NCBI GenBank assembly: GCA_023231475.1
Contig: JALJEE010001547.1
Coordinates: 1 to 61,647 of the forward strand
Origin: Seison nebaliae
Taxonomy: Eukaryota
Length of the DNA stretch: 61,647 bases
Direction: 5' to 3'
The translations under genes and the position numbers were made by a program. Under the pieces are notes generated by a model. It worked only from the letters and a program-made list of their open reading frames with translations, searched no databases and had not been told where the DNA came from. Shown here in pieces: positions 48,679 through 61,560 of this stretch. How positions within the stretch are numbered: the first letter of the stretch is position 1; each line of letters begins with the position of its first letter.

Positions 48679-51600
48679 TCAATCATTAAATTGACATAAA
48701 CGTAAATTGAGATTAGTTACTGAAGTTAATTTGGCTTTGAATCGTTTCTGGATCTCCAACAAAGTCTCCAACAATTTATTGTAATTGTTAACTTGATGTC
48801 CTTTTATGAGATCTTTTGTTGAATTAATCTTATCGATTGATACCTGATGATTTCCACAATATTTACAAACGTCCTTATTTACCAGATGAGAAGACAATTT
48901 CCCATCATAATATCTTACCATCCGCTCTTTGAATGCTTCTTTCTTTGAGATATGATGACAGGCTCGATTAATCATGGAATGAATGTGACCTTTAATACAA
49001 ATCACTTCTTCCTCATTCGATTTAGGAGGTGGATGAAGTAACATGTTGACATGATGCACCACTTCTGGATTGGTCATGTTTTGGGCATATGGAATGAAAG
49101 AATATTTTCGCATTTCACAAACCAGACGTTGATGAACGATTCCATAATCTTCAGCGATATTTGTAATTTGAAGGAATTGATCAATAAATTCGTTCAGTAA
49201 TTTCGTCTGGAAATTATAACGAATATTATTGGCATAAACACATTTCTCCACATTGATCAACGTATCGTTAATTCGATTTAATTCCATCATCTCATTAATG
49301 AGACTATTGAACAATGATTTTAATTGATACCATTCGGACATTCTTAATAGATTTTTGATGGATCTCGAACCAGATTTCTCCATTTTTGAATACGATTTTA
49401 ATAAGTGGAGTAGATCAGTGAGAGAAATTAAAAAATCTATTTCATTCGATGACGATAATCGATGAAGTTGAGATTGTAAGATCTTTTTCGTTCGTAATCT
49501 CGTTATCGTTTGTTTTTTATTAGTCCAAGGTCGAAAAGTGGCGGGCGATCTCATCCAACTGAATAATGACCATTGATTCTTAACGGAAAGAATTGGATGG
49601 AATAATCGAAAATAGAATTCGTTCTTAATCTCGTTAATTTCTGAGAAGATTTCAGGTGAATTATTTATTTGAGGAATAGAAATTGAATGAAAAATATTTC
49701 CTTTCGATTTCTCCAATTCCATCAATGACGGATCAACTAATAGATTGAGAAATCGTCGATTATTCTCAATAATTTGTCGATCATCTTCATTTTCATCAAC
49801 ATTATCAAATTCTAATTCGGAATCGGAGAATAAACGTTGTGGAATATTTTCTTGTAATTTCCTTGAAAATATTAATTCTCTCATCGATTCCTTCACCGAA
49901 TTCATCTGTTTATTCTCCTCCTCTTGTTGTTGTTTCTTTGTTTTCTTTTTCTTTTGTCCTTCTTTGAAACGAAGAACGTTATGATCAATTCCACATTCTT
50001 CCAATAGTCTCAATCTCGTTTCCATATTTTCCACATTTTTCCATTCTTCTTCTTTCCGTTTCTTCTTCCGTTTTTCCACTTCCTTCTCTTCTTTCGTTAA
50101 TTTTCGACTTCTTTTAGGAATTTCGTCCAATTCTTCATCTTTATGTTGACTTATTACTGCTCCACCTCTAATCGTACGTTCTTGAATTCGACGTTTCTCC
50201 AATTCTTCTGCCGTCAAAAAACCATCAGTCGATTCCTGTTCTATCTTCGAATCATCTTTGAATGGCATAATCTCAAAGAATTTCTTAATTATTTCATCCA
50301 AATTCGAATCTTCATATTTGTCTTGAGTTACTTTCCGTTCTCGTGGACGAAGTGGTGGTGATGATGATGGTGATGGTGGTGAGATATCGGTTGATTGTCG
50401 ACGATTATCTGATGACATTCTTATCGTTAAATTATCGTCATCATCATCATCATTTCTTCCCATATCGAAATCGACTAAAGTTTTATCATCTCCTTCATCT
50501 ACATTGGACAATAAATGAGAATTCATTGAATAATATCGAAAACTATCGAAGAAATTGATGGAATCGAAAGTTCCATTAATCGCTCGTTCCACAATACCGT
50601 CATCGTCCGATTGATGAGCATAAATTAATCGTAATTGGTCATATTGTTTCTTATTGTCGAACATGAATAAAAATACACTTATCACATGCCATTTTGATAT
50701 AACATTTTCATCAATCATATTATTAGTAATCATATTCCGTTTCCTTTCCATTATCTGGTAATTATCTTTCATTTCTGATAATTCACATAAATCATTAAAA
50801 AAATCACTATATGGAATTCGATCTTCTTCACTTCCATTATTTAGTTGAAAATCATCGAAAGAATCGTGCAAGGAAAGAATAGGTAGTTCCTGTAACAATC
50901 TGGGATAAGTAACTTGATTTGGATCATTCAATAAATTCTTGATTGAATTCTCTCCCAAATACTGCTCCAACGTTTCTTCATTCTCCAGAATCTCTTCTAA
51001 ATTATTAATTTTTTCATTTGTTCTCTCATCTTGTTTGGATGATGAGAATAAGTTCATATATGTCTCAAAATCTCCTAATTTATTCTCGTTCATCTTCAAA
51101 TTATCTGACACATAATTCTCATCAATTTCTTCTTCATTTCTAATTATTGGAATTTCTTCAAAATTATTAAGAAATTCACGAAAATAATCATCCGCTTCTT
51201 TCTCTTCATCAGACGATTTGTTACTTCTCTTAATTCTCCATCCTCTTTCACTATCGTTCAATGTCGAAGTGGATGATAAGAGAAATTTGAATGGAACAGA
51301 ATATCGTTGGAAATATCTGCAATGGAATAATTCGTTCAATGTGGTAAATCGATATCGATTATTCAATATTCCATAATAAAAATATGGATAAATATCTTTC
51401 CATTTCTTCTTCAATTCTTCCAATAATTCCTCCCAATTTTTTTCTTCTTCCATCAACCTTCCATCATCATCATTAGACATTGTTATATCAGAATTATTAT
51501 TTTTTTTCATTTCCATCAAATGGTCGAAAGGATGAAAAATATTATGGAGATATTGGGTATAATTGAATCGATTCAATTTCCCTTTCATTTCCATTTGATA

Positions 51601-52761
51601 ATTCATCATATAATAACATTCCATCGCTTCTCTCAATTTCTCTTCATCTTTTCTTTTTATTTTTCCAATTTGTTTTCCATTCAATTCTCCCGATTCATCC
51701 CAATTTTTTCTTCTTTTCTTTTTTTCATTCGAATCAATCTTAAATTCTTCCCAATTCACATTTCCTTCAACAACTTCATCACAATTTGAATTTTCAATAG
51801 ATAATTTCATAATTTTTCTTTTTTTTTCCTCATTGAAAAATTCATTTAATCTTTCTTCTTCTATCATCCAATTGTGATTTGTTGATGATTGTTTCTCATC
51901 TAACATCGTCTTGATATCTTCAGCGAAAACCACATATGATGGTTTCTTTTCTTTATTCGAATTCTTCTTTTCAATTTTTCCTTTTTTCGTCCGATTTTTC
52001 TTCCTTTTCTTCTTTTTCCATTTACCACCTCGTCCTCCTCCTCCTTCTTTTCTCCAAACTTTATAATCCAATTTCAAGAATTGACTATATAATGCCAATT
52101 TGGTGAGAGCAGGTCCCTTCACTTTCTCCCTATCACCCAACATCTTCTTCCAATAATTACTTGTCTTCATTATTTGATGGAAAAGAATTGATGAAGAAAA
52201 ATTGGGAAAAGTGAATAATTCATCGAGACTCTTACATAATCCTTTGCGAATGAATGTCGTAAAATGGAATGGTTGACATAAGAAATTCATATTCTTCCGT
52301 CCATATCGATAAGAGAGATTGTAAAGAAAGAATAATTCTTCAATTGATTCACATCCAATATAATGATACTCATATAAATCATCTCCATAATTTAATGAGA
52401 ATTGAATATAATCTTCTTTCATCATCACTTCATCTCTTATCACCTCTCCACTAATCTTCTTCTTATTTAATCTATTAATCTTATCAAATTTATCTATTTC
52501 ATTCTCTCTTAATAAAATTCGTTTCAATCCACTTCCCATATATCTCACGTCGAATTTGGCTGGTGTGGGAGAATTGTTAAAAAGAAATTTGTCACAAGTG
52601 GAAGTCATGAGGAAGAGTTTTTGGGAAATGGCATCGAAAGTTCCACTCGACGAAAAATCGTCATTCAATCTCTTCAACAATTCCATTGTCTTCACTTTTT
52701 TAATCGAATTATTTCCATGTTTCTCTTCTCTTTCAATTTCTTTCAAACATTTATCAATCAC
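48679..52761 (-). CDS. Large orphan K/E/N-rich protein (at least 1360 aa, single ORF; true start uncertain)
   Basis: 4-kb uninterrupted ORF in AT-rich DNA; basic NLS-like tracts (KWKKKKRKKNRTKK), coiled-coil segments, CKYCGNH near the C-terminus; the ORF-track start is GTG. Confidence 0.75.
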   Translation of the reverse strand: MIDKCLKEIEREEKHGNNSIKKVKTMELLKRLNDDFSSSGTFDAISQKLFLMTSTCDKFLFNNSPTPAKFDVRYMGSGLKRILLRENEIDKFDKINRLNKKKISGEVIRDEVMMKEDYIQFSLNYGDDLYEYHYIGCESIEELFFLYNLSYRYGRKNMNFLCQPFHFTTFIRKGLCKSLDELFTFPNFSSSILFHQIMKTSNYWKKMLGDREKVKGPALTKLALYSQFLKLDYKVWRKEGGGGRGGKWKKKKRKKNRTKKGKIEKKNSNKEKKPSYVVFAEDIKTMLDEKQSSTNHNWMIEEERLNEFFNEEKKRKIMKLSIENSNCDEVVEGNVNWEEFKIDSNEKKKRRKNWDESGELNGKQIGKIKRKDEEKLREAMECYYMMNYQMEMKGKLNRFNYTQYLHNIFHPFDHLMEMKKNNNSDITMSNDDDGRLMEEEKNWEELLEELKKKWKDIYPYFYYGILNNRYRFTTLNELFHCRYFQRYSVPFKFLLSSTSTLNDSERGWRIKRSNKSSDEEKEADDYFREFLNNFEEIPIIRNEEEIDENYVSDNLKMNENKLGDFETYMNLFSSSKQDERTNEKINNLEEILENEETLEQYLGENSIKNLLNDPNQVTYPRLLQELPILSLHDSFDDFQLNNGSEEDRIPYSDFFNDLCELSEMKDNYQIMERKRNMITNNMIDENVISKWHVISVFLFMFDNKKQYDQLRLIYAHQSDDDGIVERAINGTFDSINFFDSFRYYSMNSHLLSNVDEGDDKTLVDFDMGRNDDDDDDNLTIRMSSDNRRQSTDISPPSPSSSPPLRPRERKVTQDKYEDSNLDEIIKKFFEIMPFKDDSKIEQESTDGFLTAEELEKRRIQERTIRGGAVISQHKDEELDEIPKRSRKLTKEEKEVEKRKKKRKEEEWKNVENMETRLRLLEECGIDHNVLRFKEGQKKKKTKKQQQEEENKQMNSVKESMRELIFSRKLQENIPQRLFSDSELEFDNVDENEDDRQIIENNRRFLNLLVDPSLMELEKSKGNIFHSISIPQINNSPEIFSEINEIKNEFYFRLFHPILSVKNQWSLFSWMRSPATFRPWTNKKQTITRLRTKKILQSQLHRLSSSNEIDFLISLTDLLHLLKSYSKMEKSGSRSIKNLLRMSEWYQLKSLFNSLINEMMELNRINDTLINVEKCVYANNIRYNFQTKLLNEFIDQFLQITNIAEDYGIVHQRLVCEMRKYSFIPYAQNMTNPEVVHHVNMLLHPPPKSNEEEVICIKGHIHSMINRACHHISKKEAFKERMVRYYDGKLSSHLVNKDVCKYCGNHQVSIDKINSTKDLIKGHQVNNYNKLLETLLEIQKRFKAKLTSVTNLNLRLCQFND

Positions 52762-53218
52762 ACATATCAGAAAGTTCCATTGGACGAAGATGATAAATTT
52801 AGAAGTAAAGCTGATAACTCCCTATCTATGATACTGTGAGAATTGATAGTTTATTTATTTCATTTGTTTCCATCGGCAACATCGAAAAAATCATCTACTA
52901 TTGATATTGTGATAATTATGGAAAATTTCGAAAATTTTCATAAATGTGGGAAAACACAGAAAATTCAAATTTGAATCTATTTCAACGTTTCTATTAAGTC
53001 GTTGTACGGAATTTAATTATTCTTCTGTTTAATTTAAGACGAAACGAAATTTAAATTCCTCATTTTTAGTACTACCTAATACTTTTTATTTAATTTTCTT
53101 TTTAATATAGTTTACTTTTTAACAATAAATTTATATTTCATCTTATGAATTTTGATAGAGTTCTTTTCCACATCTTTCTCACAATGAGAATTTGATTCAT
53201 TGAATTTAAATAATTGTA

Positions 53219-53827
53219 ATGAAATCGTTAATTACAACTGCTATATTGAAACCGGATGTCATATCGAATCCCGTTCTACATCAACGATTAATTCGATCGA
53301 TATTAAGTTTCGGTTTCATTCCATCATATTCAAAAATTGAGAAGATTGAAGAAAATCGCGTTAGAAATCTGTATGAGATACATGAGAAAAAATTCTTTTA
53401 TGATCGATTAGTTACGTCGTTGAAATCAGCCGAGTCTCATATTCTTTGTCTCTCACATATCGATCCATCAGTGGATGTGCCCAACATCTGGAGGAAGTTC
53501 ATAGGGACAACCAAAATTTATCAATCCATATTCTTTCAACCATATTCTTTACGAAATCGATGTGGTTTAAGTGATACGAGAAATGCATGTCACGGAGCTG
53601 ATAATTCTCATAATGCAAAAGAAGAATTTTTCCAACTAACAAAATTAAATAATTTCCAATCAATTATCCAACAAACACAATTGATACATCAATTAAATTT
53701 GAATGTGAATTACGAATTTAATTTCATAAATTATTATTCAATTAACGATGATATCGAATGGAGACAATCGATGGACTTGAGAGAATTAAAAAATTTATTT
53801 AAAAATTTATTGAATTTGAAGAAATAA
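53219..53827 (+). CDS. NME6: Nucleoside diphosphate kinase 6
   Basis: TTAILKPD, YEIHEKKFFYDRLV, WRKFIGTTK, SLRNRCGLSDTRNACHGAD (phospho-His retained). Confidence 0.9.
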   Translation: MKSLITTAILKPDVISNPVLHQRLIRSILSFGFIPSYSKIEKIEENRVRNLYEIHEKKFFYDRLVTSLKSAESHILCLSHIDPSVDVPNIWRKFIGTTKIYQSIFFQPYSLRNRCGLSDTRNACHGADNSHNAKEEFFQLTKLNNFQSIIQQTQLIHQLNLNVNYEFNFINYYSINDDIEWRQSMDLRELKNLFKNLLNLKK

Positions 53828-54280
53828 AAAACATTTTAATTTTAAAAGAAAAGACGTCATTCAAAATGTAGAGCAATAATTGTGGAAATTTTTTAGACTC
53901 GTCAAAATATTATTTGTTAAATTCTTCATAATCCAATTACTTTTAATATTTACTCACTTTTTTTTACCAATCGACTAGAAACTTCTTTAATTATTTAAAC
54001 TCTTCTCTTCCAACTCCCAATCATATCGCTTTATACTGTTTTCTTCATTCCCTTTAGTTTTCCGTTGAAAATATATGAAATCCTAATACTTAATACCTAA
54101 TACGTAGTTTGTGTGAGTGATGTTTCTCTAAATGAAATTCGTGTAAATGAAATTTGGAAAAAATGTTCTGCAAAATAATGGTGAAGTGTTAAAAGAATTT
54201 TGTGGAGCCGATGATAAAAAATTAGGTATCTGAATTAAACATTTAATTGAAGGTAATAAGGTTTTATAATAGTATTCTAT

Positions 54281-54306
54281 TAGTGCTGTCCGAACGAACA
54301 CGAACA
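54281..54306 (+). repeat. Dispersed TIR-like motif, partner of 42421-42446
   Basis: tagtgctgtccgaacgaacacgaaca; 23 of 26 identical to the reverse complement of 42421-42446. Confidence 0.55.
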
Positions 54307-57300
54307 GAATATACATTTTTCGAAAAATAGTTTTTGTTGCTTTCGAACGGATTTTATGTACAAATTGTCTAACTTAACTATCCAGTTCAAAACTGGACTA
54401 TATTTGCTGTAATATTATATGGAAAAAATTTGTAATTAATTCGTAGGACTCGTCCATTCTGTGTGATAGAAGACTGATGTTCTGTAAAATCTGAAGTAAT
54501 TGAGTTATGTGGAAATTACATGGAAATTTCATTTCTAATTGACGGCTTAAATATACTAAATACTTTACAAATCACCATGGTAACGGTTATGTCGATTATT
54601 CATAACAAGTTCCATATTGAGGGGGTAGTGATAAAGGATTCTTCTTCCAATACTTAACACAATATTTCTCAAATTTGTTCTTCATTCACATCTTCTCGTT
54701 ATTCGAACGAGAACTAATTGATCTAATTAATGTTTTTCCATTCTGGTAATTGGGAGAAGTTTCTAAAGGAAAATCTTTTAAAAGTTCCACTCCATGCTCT
54801 TTTCCTTCCGACAACACGCATTCTATTGTCTCGTTATCCGAAGAAGCAAGTCCACAATACACCACCGATGAAAACATGAATTTGCCGAACTATGTATTTC
54901 AAATTCTTTCTTTATAAATTCTTTAACGACGATATATACATTATCTAAATGTCTGTTGAATAATTAAAACTCAACTTCTCCGTACAAACTCATCTTCTAT
55001 TTGAAGTTGGGCAGTCGATCAAATTCGATGTTAACTACCAGTTGACTTTCATTAAATTTCTTGATCTGGAGAGTCGATCAATATGTTCTCTCATAATTTC
55101 GAGTGATGACTAACGAATGTGATACATACGCTAGTAGTGGAGGTCGAACAGACTCCACATACCAACATGTATGCACATGCGGTGATGAGAAAATTAATAT
55201 GTAGTAAATTCATCTAGAAATTTGCTTGAGAGGTGTCTGTATACATATTCCTTTATTTGATATGTATGTATGTGTTAGTGTGTGTGTGAGTGTGTGTGTG
55301 TGTATGTGTGTACATGTGTATGTGTGGAAACGTAACGGTGTTCATACGTAAAGTATGCAGTGTTGTTAATACTTTAAATGGGTTTTATATTTTGAAGAAA
55401 ATTTTAATTACATTCAACTTTAATATAGAACATTCACCTCCGTTTCAGCTGCTTTTTCTCAAAATCGTTTCTTGCGTAGAATTTTATGGCGAAAAGAATT
55501 TGTTCACTCCAAAACTCGTTGCTATGGAGACGCGAATACAATTCATTGAAATTCTTGTTATGTTTCCAGCAAAGTCTCCTCTTCCTCTTCTTCTTCTTCT
55601 TCCTCCTCCTCCTCCTCTTCATCGCCGAAAGAGCCAACGGAGAACGGTAAGGAAACGATTGAATAGTTGGTTTTATTAATTTCAAAGTATTATCATGATT
55701 TTCCTGTCGTTGACATTTTCAACTGGCATCGATGAAACTTGTAAATCCCGGAGGCAATTCTTGTGTAGGATTCCCTATGTAGTAGTTGAATTGGATTTCG
55801 GGGAGGAAAAGAAGCCCGAACTTCTAGTATATGTGAACAGTACTCGTTTCTTCTTCATTTTCCTTTTGCTCAACTTCTGATTTGGATGATGATCATTATC
55901 GGATTGATGACGGACGATTATTGTTATGTATATTTTATTTTCCTTTTCTTCCTATTATCATTGTTAGGACTGTTGTGATTGTTGAACATAAATAGATATC
56001 ATGTCGTCACACGGTCACATACATTGGATGGGAGTTAAGCCGAAGGAAGGATAGAACGTATATGAATAAATAGAATAGCGTCATATCTTTCTTATTGATT
56101 AGTGTTACATTAGATAAATGTATGGTCACAATCATGAAGAATAATAAACATATTGAATGAATGATTGTCTATGATATAACAATGAAGTATCATCGCTCTT
56201 TTAAATCGAAGGAATATAATAACATTATAAGGACGACTCTGAAGGAATATCATCATTATCATTATCATCATTATCATCATCATTATCATTATCACCATCA
56301 GAACAAGAAGAACATCATTCTAATTATATTAATGATAAGGAAAGTATTGTTGAGGACATTATTGAAATGAAATTAAAATTTCCTCTTTCACAATCATTCT
56401 AATCACTTTCACTTCTCTTCAATGTAATCTATAATTCGTATGAAATTATTTCTTCTATCTTCAAAACCGAAAGGATTATCTGATTATATCAAACTTTCTC
56501 ATCCTCTACTACTGATGTTCCTACTACTATTTCTTCCTTCTTTCTATTCAATAAACAGAAATTTGTCGTTCTAAATTAATTTTCTTATTATCTTATAAGG
56601 TGTAATCGTCTTATTTATAGGTTACTCAAACAATTCCTCAAACACCAACATTACTGTCCCTCATTTTGTCGTTTAGATCTTTTTCCTTTTGATTGTCTTG
56701 GGAACAATGAGAAGAGTCTCGTCCAACACCAGAAGAAATTCATCTACTTTTGTGCAGTTTCGTGCTTCTACGTATTGGTATAGTTAAGGAACGTTTCTTT
56801 CCATACATCAAATTCTTTTGTTTGTGGAAGGAAAAGTAATTTAGAGAGAAATTTCCAGAAATATATTTCCATCATGTAATAACTTCCGCATATCGCCAGT
56901 GGAATTGTATTAGGAGACTTATTCTCATCTAATTGGGAGGGGATGTTATTGATAAAGTTAACAGTTTAGTCGTAATATTGTAAGTTGATAATGGAAATTG
57001 GAGACATTAAAGAAATTATTTAAAATATGTGAAATATTTGCATAAAAAATCGAGTGAATTAAATTCGTTTTTGTTTAACATGTTTAACTGTATAATCGAT
57101 ATACCTGTCTGTATAAATGTTAAGAGAATTTGAAGAGGATTCAATGACGTTATGTAATTCCCGAGTTAAGTCGATAAATATCGACCTGTTATCAATTCGA
57201 ATTAAATTCAATATTAATTAAACCCGATAATCATATGTAAGGTTATTAATTTGATGATCTTCACTTACATTATTATTATTAAAAGTTTCGATCATTTCAA

Positions 57301-58156
57301 TTCTCATCATCTCCATCCATTTTTTCACCATTTAATTTCCTTCATCTTTCTTACAGACAATAGACTAATCTAATTAGTCAATTGGATGTTATTTAACTTC
57401 ATCTTTCCTTCATTCATTCATTGAACGTAATGGACGGATAGACCGATGGATTTTTATTATGGCGCTCACTTCATAGTCATCTAAGCTTAAGGGGGGAATG
57501 AGATGAGATGAAATTTTTAGTGGAAAATGACAGAAAGAGCCGAAAGACGATTCGTTGAATTGTCACCATACCCAATAGTTAAAGAACGATTTGAAATTTG
57601 TCATTTGATTTCTCTTTACTTCTGATAGATAAACGAACATTGCAGATTGATAACCATTTCATTTAACCGTCATTTTGAGACGATGTTCAATGAAGGATTG
57701 TGAGAGAAGAAGTGAAACAATTTTTTGAAGAATCAACACTCCCACACTCCCCAATATTTTGTATATATATGTACGAGTGTGCTGATGAATGAAAACGGTC
57801 TTTGTCTAAGAAGTTCCATCTTATTCCATGAAATTTCATCATATTCAATCTCACAAGATTCGATGAGGAATTGATCCGTTTCTTCATCTTTCTTTCGTTA
57901 TCTCCATTCTTCTTCTTCATTCGTTATATCCGTTATCCACCTAAATATTTTTTCTCATTCCCAAATTTCTTTTACTAAAATTTTTCATAATACATCGGTG
58001 AAATTGATCAGTTTGTTTACATTCCCAACCGAAACGCTCATATACGAATATTGTGGGAACCAGGCAAGTGACAACGTCTGCGAGAAAGTCATCTTAAAAC
58101 ATTTTTTCCGTTACTAAACAACGAGGAATTGTGTGGTGTAGTTGAATTGTGTGTGA

Positions 58157-58549
58157 ATGAATGTGATATTGTTAGAATTTTTGAATATTCACTTTAATAT
58201 CGAAGAGAGCCATATGAGCGCAAAAACGAATAATTCTAATAAACAACTTCCACCTATAAAGCAACGAGGAAGTATTGCAAATAAAACAAATGCGAGTGAT
58301 ATACTTCATAAAATGACAAATGGTGAAGTAGAACTTAGACCGAATCGGCGAACGAAAGCTAATGGTTCTGCAGGACATTCGACATATAGTGCCAAATCGA
58401 ATGAGGTACGTTTGAGACATGCATCCTATCAGAACTTCGATCATTCCAAAAACTCTCAATCGAAGAATCGTGATGAGAGGAATAGTGAACGATATGTTGG
58501 TTTGACAAACGGTTATTCTCCAAATAACCATCATCCGACTAACAGTAAC

Positions 58550-58582
<33 letters not shown>

Positions 58583-60541
58583 TATCATACGAATATAAAA
58601 GTGAATGGCGATCATTATTATTCACCGGGCAAACAACGTCAACAACAACATCGGCAAAGAAATCAATATAATTCCCATAATAATGGAACACATCACAATG
58701 GAGGTCAACATGTCTCCGATAGCATTAACAGTAATGTATTGATCGAACCGATGTTTCAGGAAAATAATAATAATAAGAATCGTTTACATCATCATTATTC
58801 GATTAATGGAAATAACGTGGCAGAACATCGGACGTCACATGACAAGGAGGCAATCGAAGAAATTAATCGGTTAATTTCTTTTCGTCTCGTTAATGCTCAA
58901 CCAGAATTTAGTCACTTGCAGAATTCGCCGCGAGTTCGGAGAACGCACAACAAACATTTTTCGCCTTCTACTACCACAACTAACTCGTCTACAAATGTCA
59001 ATAATTCCGCTTCTTCCAATGTGAAATCGACGGGCGCCATTGTGAATTATGTGGGCGCGGATGGACAGAAGCAAAATCAATTGCAACCCCACAATCATAA
59101 TTCGAACAACGCACATAAGAGTAAATCTTCGTCTGCTAATCGTTCTTCCCATCTTCCACCTTCTCAACCTACTGCCTCAACTTCACAGCCGAATAATCGA
59201 CATCCATCGAACGCCGTCATCCTCAGTGGTCCGATGGCATTTAAATATTATGAGAATCGTCTCAACAAATATGAGCAACACGAGATACAGAATTTCGACG
59301 AAATTTATTTCTTAGGGGAGAAAGCGAAAAAACGTTTAGGTGTCATCGGAGGTGCGAACAATGACGGTTATGATGATGATCAAGGAAGTTATCTTCCAAT
59401 CCAACATGATCACATCGCTTACCGGTTCGAAATATATCGAGTTTTAGGAAAGGGTAGTTTCGGTCAAGTGCTCAAATGTTTCGACCATAAACATAAGACA
59501 TTCGTCGCGTTGAAAATCATGAGGAATGAACGTCGATTTCATCGACAGGCTCAAGAAGAAATCCGCATTTTAGAACACATGAAAAAGGTGGACAAGCAGA
59601 AACCGTGTAATGTGGTGCACATTCTCGAATCGTTTACATTCCGCTCTCACATTTGTATCACCTTTGAATTGTTGAGTATTAATTTGTATGAACTAATCAA
59701 AAAGAATCGTTATCAAGGATTTAATTTAAGTTTAGTTCATAAATTTGCAACAGCCATTCTTCTTTGTTTAGAGGCGTTGTATAAAAATACGATAATTCAT
59801 TGTGATTTGAAACCAGAGAATATTCTTCTCAAACAACCAACACGATCCAGTATCAAAGTCATTGATTTCGGTTCATCATGTTATGAGAATCAACGAATTT
59901 ACACATACATCCAGTCTCGATTCTATCGAGCCCCTGAAATTATTTTGGGTGCCTCCTATGGAATGCCGATCGACATGTGGAGTTTCGGTTGTATACTCGC
60001 CGAATTATTTACTGGATATCCATTATTTCCCGGTGAAGATGAGAGTGATCAATTGGCATGTATCATCGAATTAATTGGACTACCACCAAAACGTTTGTTG
60101 GATCGAAGTAAACGTAAGAATGATTTCTTCCGATCAGATGGAACGCCGAAATATTGTGGAGTTTCACGAAACGGATCTCAAATTGTGTACGAATCGGGGA
60201 AATCTCAACGGGGCAAACAACGACGACCACCAGCCATGAAATCATGGGAATTAGCGCTCAAATCATGCACCAATCCATCATTCATTTCATTTCTGAAGAG
60301 ATGTCTTGAATGGGAACCTGGTGTTCGAATGACTCCCATTCAAGCACTTCGTCACGAATGGATTCGTCAGATGGGCTCCATCTCCAAATCACAACGACAC
60401 ACAACGACCATATCGAATGTTTCAAACAATTCCACGTCAACACCACCCCATCAAATGAACAAGTCGAAGAAATCTTTAGAGAAGACGATGAATGACTCGA
60501 ATAAATCCAAATCTCGTGTACCCCAACTGCCCTCCCTCTAA
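58157..60541 (+). CDS. Class 2 DYRK kinase (DYRK2/3, MBK-2-like) with long N/H/S-rich N-terminus
   Basis: NAPA/DH-box region ([30 protein letters not shown]), [36 protein letters not shown]. May have upstream exons (possible acceptor TTAG at 58172-58175). Confidence 0.95.
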
Positions 60542-61477
60542 TTGTGGCATGAAATTTCTCAGACAAAACAATATTCCACTTCCTACCAATTGACGTTAAA
60601 TTATTATGATATGCAAACCGTTTCCTGCCACATCATCATTCTCCTGAATAAAACTGAGATTCTATATTTTATAATGAAACTTATAAGTGTTTTTTTAAAA
60701 ACAATTCTCAACATTTCCTTTTGACAATTCACATCTGACTCTGAATTATTTAACGATGAAACCTAATAAATTTAATAATTTTTCTTAAAACATATTCTCG
60801 TTAAAATTGGAGGAGAACAGGAAAATTTCAATGAAAATTAAATTTCCAACACTTACCAATTCCATATTACACGTTTATATACTTTTCCCAATTTCCGTTC
60901 AAAGACGTAGTTAAGCAATAAATTTATTTGAAGTATTTTAAGTTGACGATAAATAACTATAATGTCCATCATAACTATTTCGATGTATCTGCCGCTCTTC
61001 CTAATCCCGATATTGGAACGGGTGGACGTCTCTTCTCCTTCAACAAACGGTCCTCAGATATCGTCTGTTTTATTGGTTAAGGCATTTTCTATCTGTATCT
61101 CATACATTATGTACGACAAATCGTCGTCACCAGTTTCATTATTTGCTCATTATAGAATCTACTATCGCAACCATCTACTTCGTCATTGGCGGTGAGTTTA
61201 AGTGTAACGTTATCTCTCCTTCTCTCTTTTCATCTCAACCACTATAAATAATGTGACGTCAAATTTCACTGTAAATAGTGTACCATTTACCATTTCTTAT
61301 TCCATTATGTAAATGAGTTTTCAATGGCTATTTGGATCAACATTTGGTTAACGCAGCTGGATAGGTCATTAAGCCTTTACATCTTATAGTCATAAGGGCT
61401 GGGGGAATGATCCATGATCCTTAAATGATAAGGATCGATGCTTCTATATATCTTGGGAAAAAAATACAGGCTCCAAA

Positions 61478-61560
61478 CGACTCCTATACATACATTGGAT
61501 CGATCCTAAGTATGACTGTGGCTCGTACTTAGGATCGATCCAACACGTCGTTAGGAGTCG
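61478..61560. repeat. Nested palindrome / long hairpin
   Basis: Perfect 18-bp inverted repeat ttggatcgatcctaagta (61495-61512) / tacttaggatcgatccaa (61526-61543), with outer 9-bp arms cgactccta (61478-61486) / taggagtcg (61552-61560). Confidence 0.9.

Noticed and set aside
55570..55646. Poly-Ser candidate upstream DYRK exon (CAG...GAGAACG/GTAAGG), phase-compatible with the acceptor at 58175
   Set aside because: Largely a (TCT/CCT)n repeat and needs a further unidentified upstream exon; cannot be supported without transcripts.
2749..60566. Numerous ORF-track entries overlapping or antisense to the called genes
   Set aside because: Shadow ORFs of real coding sequence with no independent evidence.
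60962..61195. 77-aa ORF and a broken antisense frame downstream of DYRK
   Set aside because: No motif; the antisense frame has a stop and a frameshift.
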